Part shown: positions 61,901 to 64,000 of the stretch, one piece after another
Layout: each line of letters starts with the position of its first letter
How positions within the stretch are numbered: the first letter of the stretch is position 1
Source: Tubiluchus corallicola
Lineage: Eukaryota > Animalia > Priapulida
Direction: 5' to 3'
Length of the DNA: 64,000 nucleotides
Assembly: GCA_030141605.1 (NCBI GenBank)
Contig: JAQGDQ010000004.1
Location: forward strand, 2,046,001 to 2,110,000
Made by a program: the position numbers and the translations under genes
Notes under the pieces: generated by a model
Seen by the model: only the letters and a program-made list of their open reading frames with translations
Database searches by the model: none
What the model was told of the DNA's origin: nothing

Positions 61901-64000
61901 TGCCGTGGGAGGGCCAAAGATGCTCATTTTATCTGGAAGTTGCTAGAACACCAGAACAGAAATGCATTTGCAGGGCGCTTCATTGAAGTCTCACAGGGAA
62001 TTTTACAGCTCTTTGGAAAGGGGAGGAGCTTGTCTACAAGATAGGGTCAGATCATAAATACCTTTGCCAGGACAAGTGACTACTAGTTAGTTACAGGTTC
62101 CATTTCGAAGATTTCTCCCTTGAATAACTATGCAGCACTGTCGGTAACCTTTGCTTATCATGTGTATAACCTTGTAAGCTTCCTTCAATATGTAAATACA
62201 TGTACATATATATCTGTCAATCTATATTATAAGTTAAACATCAAAAGGGTCAAAGAATTGCAGACAGACACTAAGTAGGGTATGCCTGCACTGTTGATTA
62301 TAATTCTCTCTAATGAACAAATTATTTTTTGTGTTATTTTGCTAATCAATATTATAATTAATTACTTATATAGGCACGTTTTTGTGTGTTTGTCTGTTCG
62401 TCTTTATTTTGTTTTTTCCTATAAAAAAATCAGTCTAACGTGTCTAGGATTGTTTGGCTTTAGTGGAGGTCTGGTAAGTGAATTTTAGTTTTACATATCT
62501 TTCGTTATTATCTGTGCCATTTTTATCGTGCCTTATCTTCTCGTGCCATTTTTACCTACAATCGTCAAAATGAGGTGTGGTGAGGTGAGGTTCTGAAAAA
62601 TTTTTAAAAGGGTAGAAAAGGGAATTTTAAAGTATGTCGCAAAGAATTGCCTATACACGCAGTTATATTATTTTACTTAGCACTACACTTACCTATTTGA
62701 CAGTATGTAACTGAAATAGAAAATTCTTAATAATTTAAAGTGCTCTTAGATCTATTAAGTGACTCAAGGAACATGCTAAGTCATTTCCATATGAATTTCA
62801 AAATTTGTTTTCAGATCAGTTGTGGTAAAGCACATTTGACGTCTAATTTTTTCGTTTTATCTATCTAGCCTACATTTTTCAGTGCATTGTTGTTTTTTAA
62901 ATGTTTAAAAATCCTAATTTAAGCTTTATAGTTTACTTTCAAGTTTTTTTAGGCATAAACAAAATAATTTTAGCCTTGTTCTTCTCTAGGATGCCTTTCA
63001 GTTTAACAAGCAAGCATTAAAGCAATGATTTATTCTGTGAAAGCAGCACTCAACAGACATGCAGGTATGGATAAATGCAATTATCTAGATAGATTGAGTT
63101 AAGTCATTGAGGTTCTGCTGCATATTTTCATTTTTTCTGCTTGGGTGTTAAATAACTGCATTTCATTGGCTGATTACTTGCTTTGGCTTTACACTTAGAA
63201 AAGGAGTATTATATATAGAGAGAGAGAGCGAGGGAGCACCGGGTAGCTATTTCTTTAGCTCAGCAGAGAGTATTTGCAAGTCATAGAATCATACGAAGTG
63301 CCCTGCGTTGCGTTCCATCTGTGAATGACTCACATCGAAACCTGTGATTTGTGTGTGTTCCTGGACCTTCTTTTCCTGAAGGTGTGTGTTGGTAGAATAC
63401 TTTTGATAACCATGTGACCCCGATTGTTTCTGTCAGGTTTTCGTGAAGTTGTGAGAGACGTTGCTAAGCTGTTCACATGTGCGATCTTACTCTCAGAGAG
63501 AAGTTGAACAACAAGTTGTGAGAGAAGTCAGTACGTCACATGCATCATTTAAAGACTAAGTCTGTGGCTGCTACAGTTTGGACTGTAGCAAAATGCACTA
63601 AAACTTGTTACTAGCTACAAGCATGTCGCTGTGTTTTATCAGTTTTCATTTTTTCTTCTCACATCTGCCAATCTATCATCTGATCAGTTTCAATTTTGAT
63701 GTTCTGGCAGATAAACAATGAGTATCTGCAGATATTATCTTTCAGGAGGAAAAGGTCAAGCCACATGCAGGTTATGATCTTTGCAAGTTTGGAAGTAAAC
63801 TATTTTGCATGATATTGTTCTAACCCCAGAGCATAGTATATTTGCCTTTTCCTAGTGTGAAGTGTATATTGACATTTCTGTTCTCCTTTTTGATATCTAG
63901 AAGGTCACTGATACATATGTATTTACTCTTTTTACTATTTGTTTGTTTGTAACCTCAGAAGTGCTCTTGCAATATTTATCTGTGATAGTGAGATTTTATG

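Overview
AT-rich, intron- and transposon-rich genomic DNA from an animal, most likely a bilaterian invertebrate (GT-AG introns, CR1/L2-type LINE relics, a Meta-domain tRNA-SINE). It is not prokaryotic, so almost all short ORFs in the supplied track are noise. Three protein-coding genes can be rebuilt by hand, all on the minus strand: (1) an SLC16/MCT-family transporter (4 coding exons, 49094-52719); (2) an RFX6 orthologue, largely invisible in the ORF track, with about 22 phase-consistent coding exons across 21323-44567 (~875 aa); (3) a glycogen-targeting PP1 regulatory subunit (PPP1R3 family, RVxF + CBM21) with an uninterrupted ORF at 11880-13181/13319. The rest holds hAT MITEs with 8-bp TSDs, a PIF/Harbinger element with a decayed MADF domain and a nested insertion, several large inverted-repeat structures, LINE/SINE relics and satellites. 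I found no clearly new molecular machine. The best leads are regulatory: a repeat family carrying RFX X-box motifs on both sides of PPP1R3 next to the RFX6 gene; a dense CRE/FoxO/ERR/E-box promoter and a uORF on PPP1R3; two short motifs in the RFX6 tail that appear conserved with vertebrates; and a ~2.2-kb fold-back inside an RFX6 intron. All identities were judged by eye and no database search was run.
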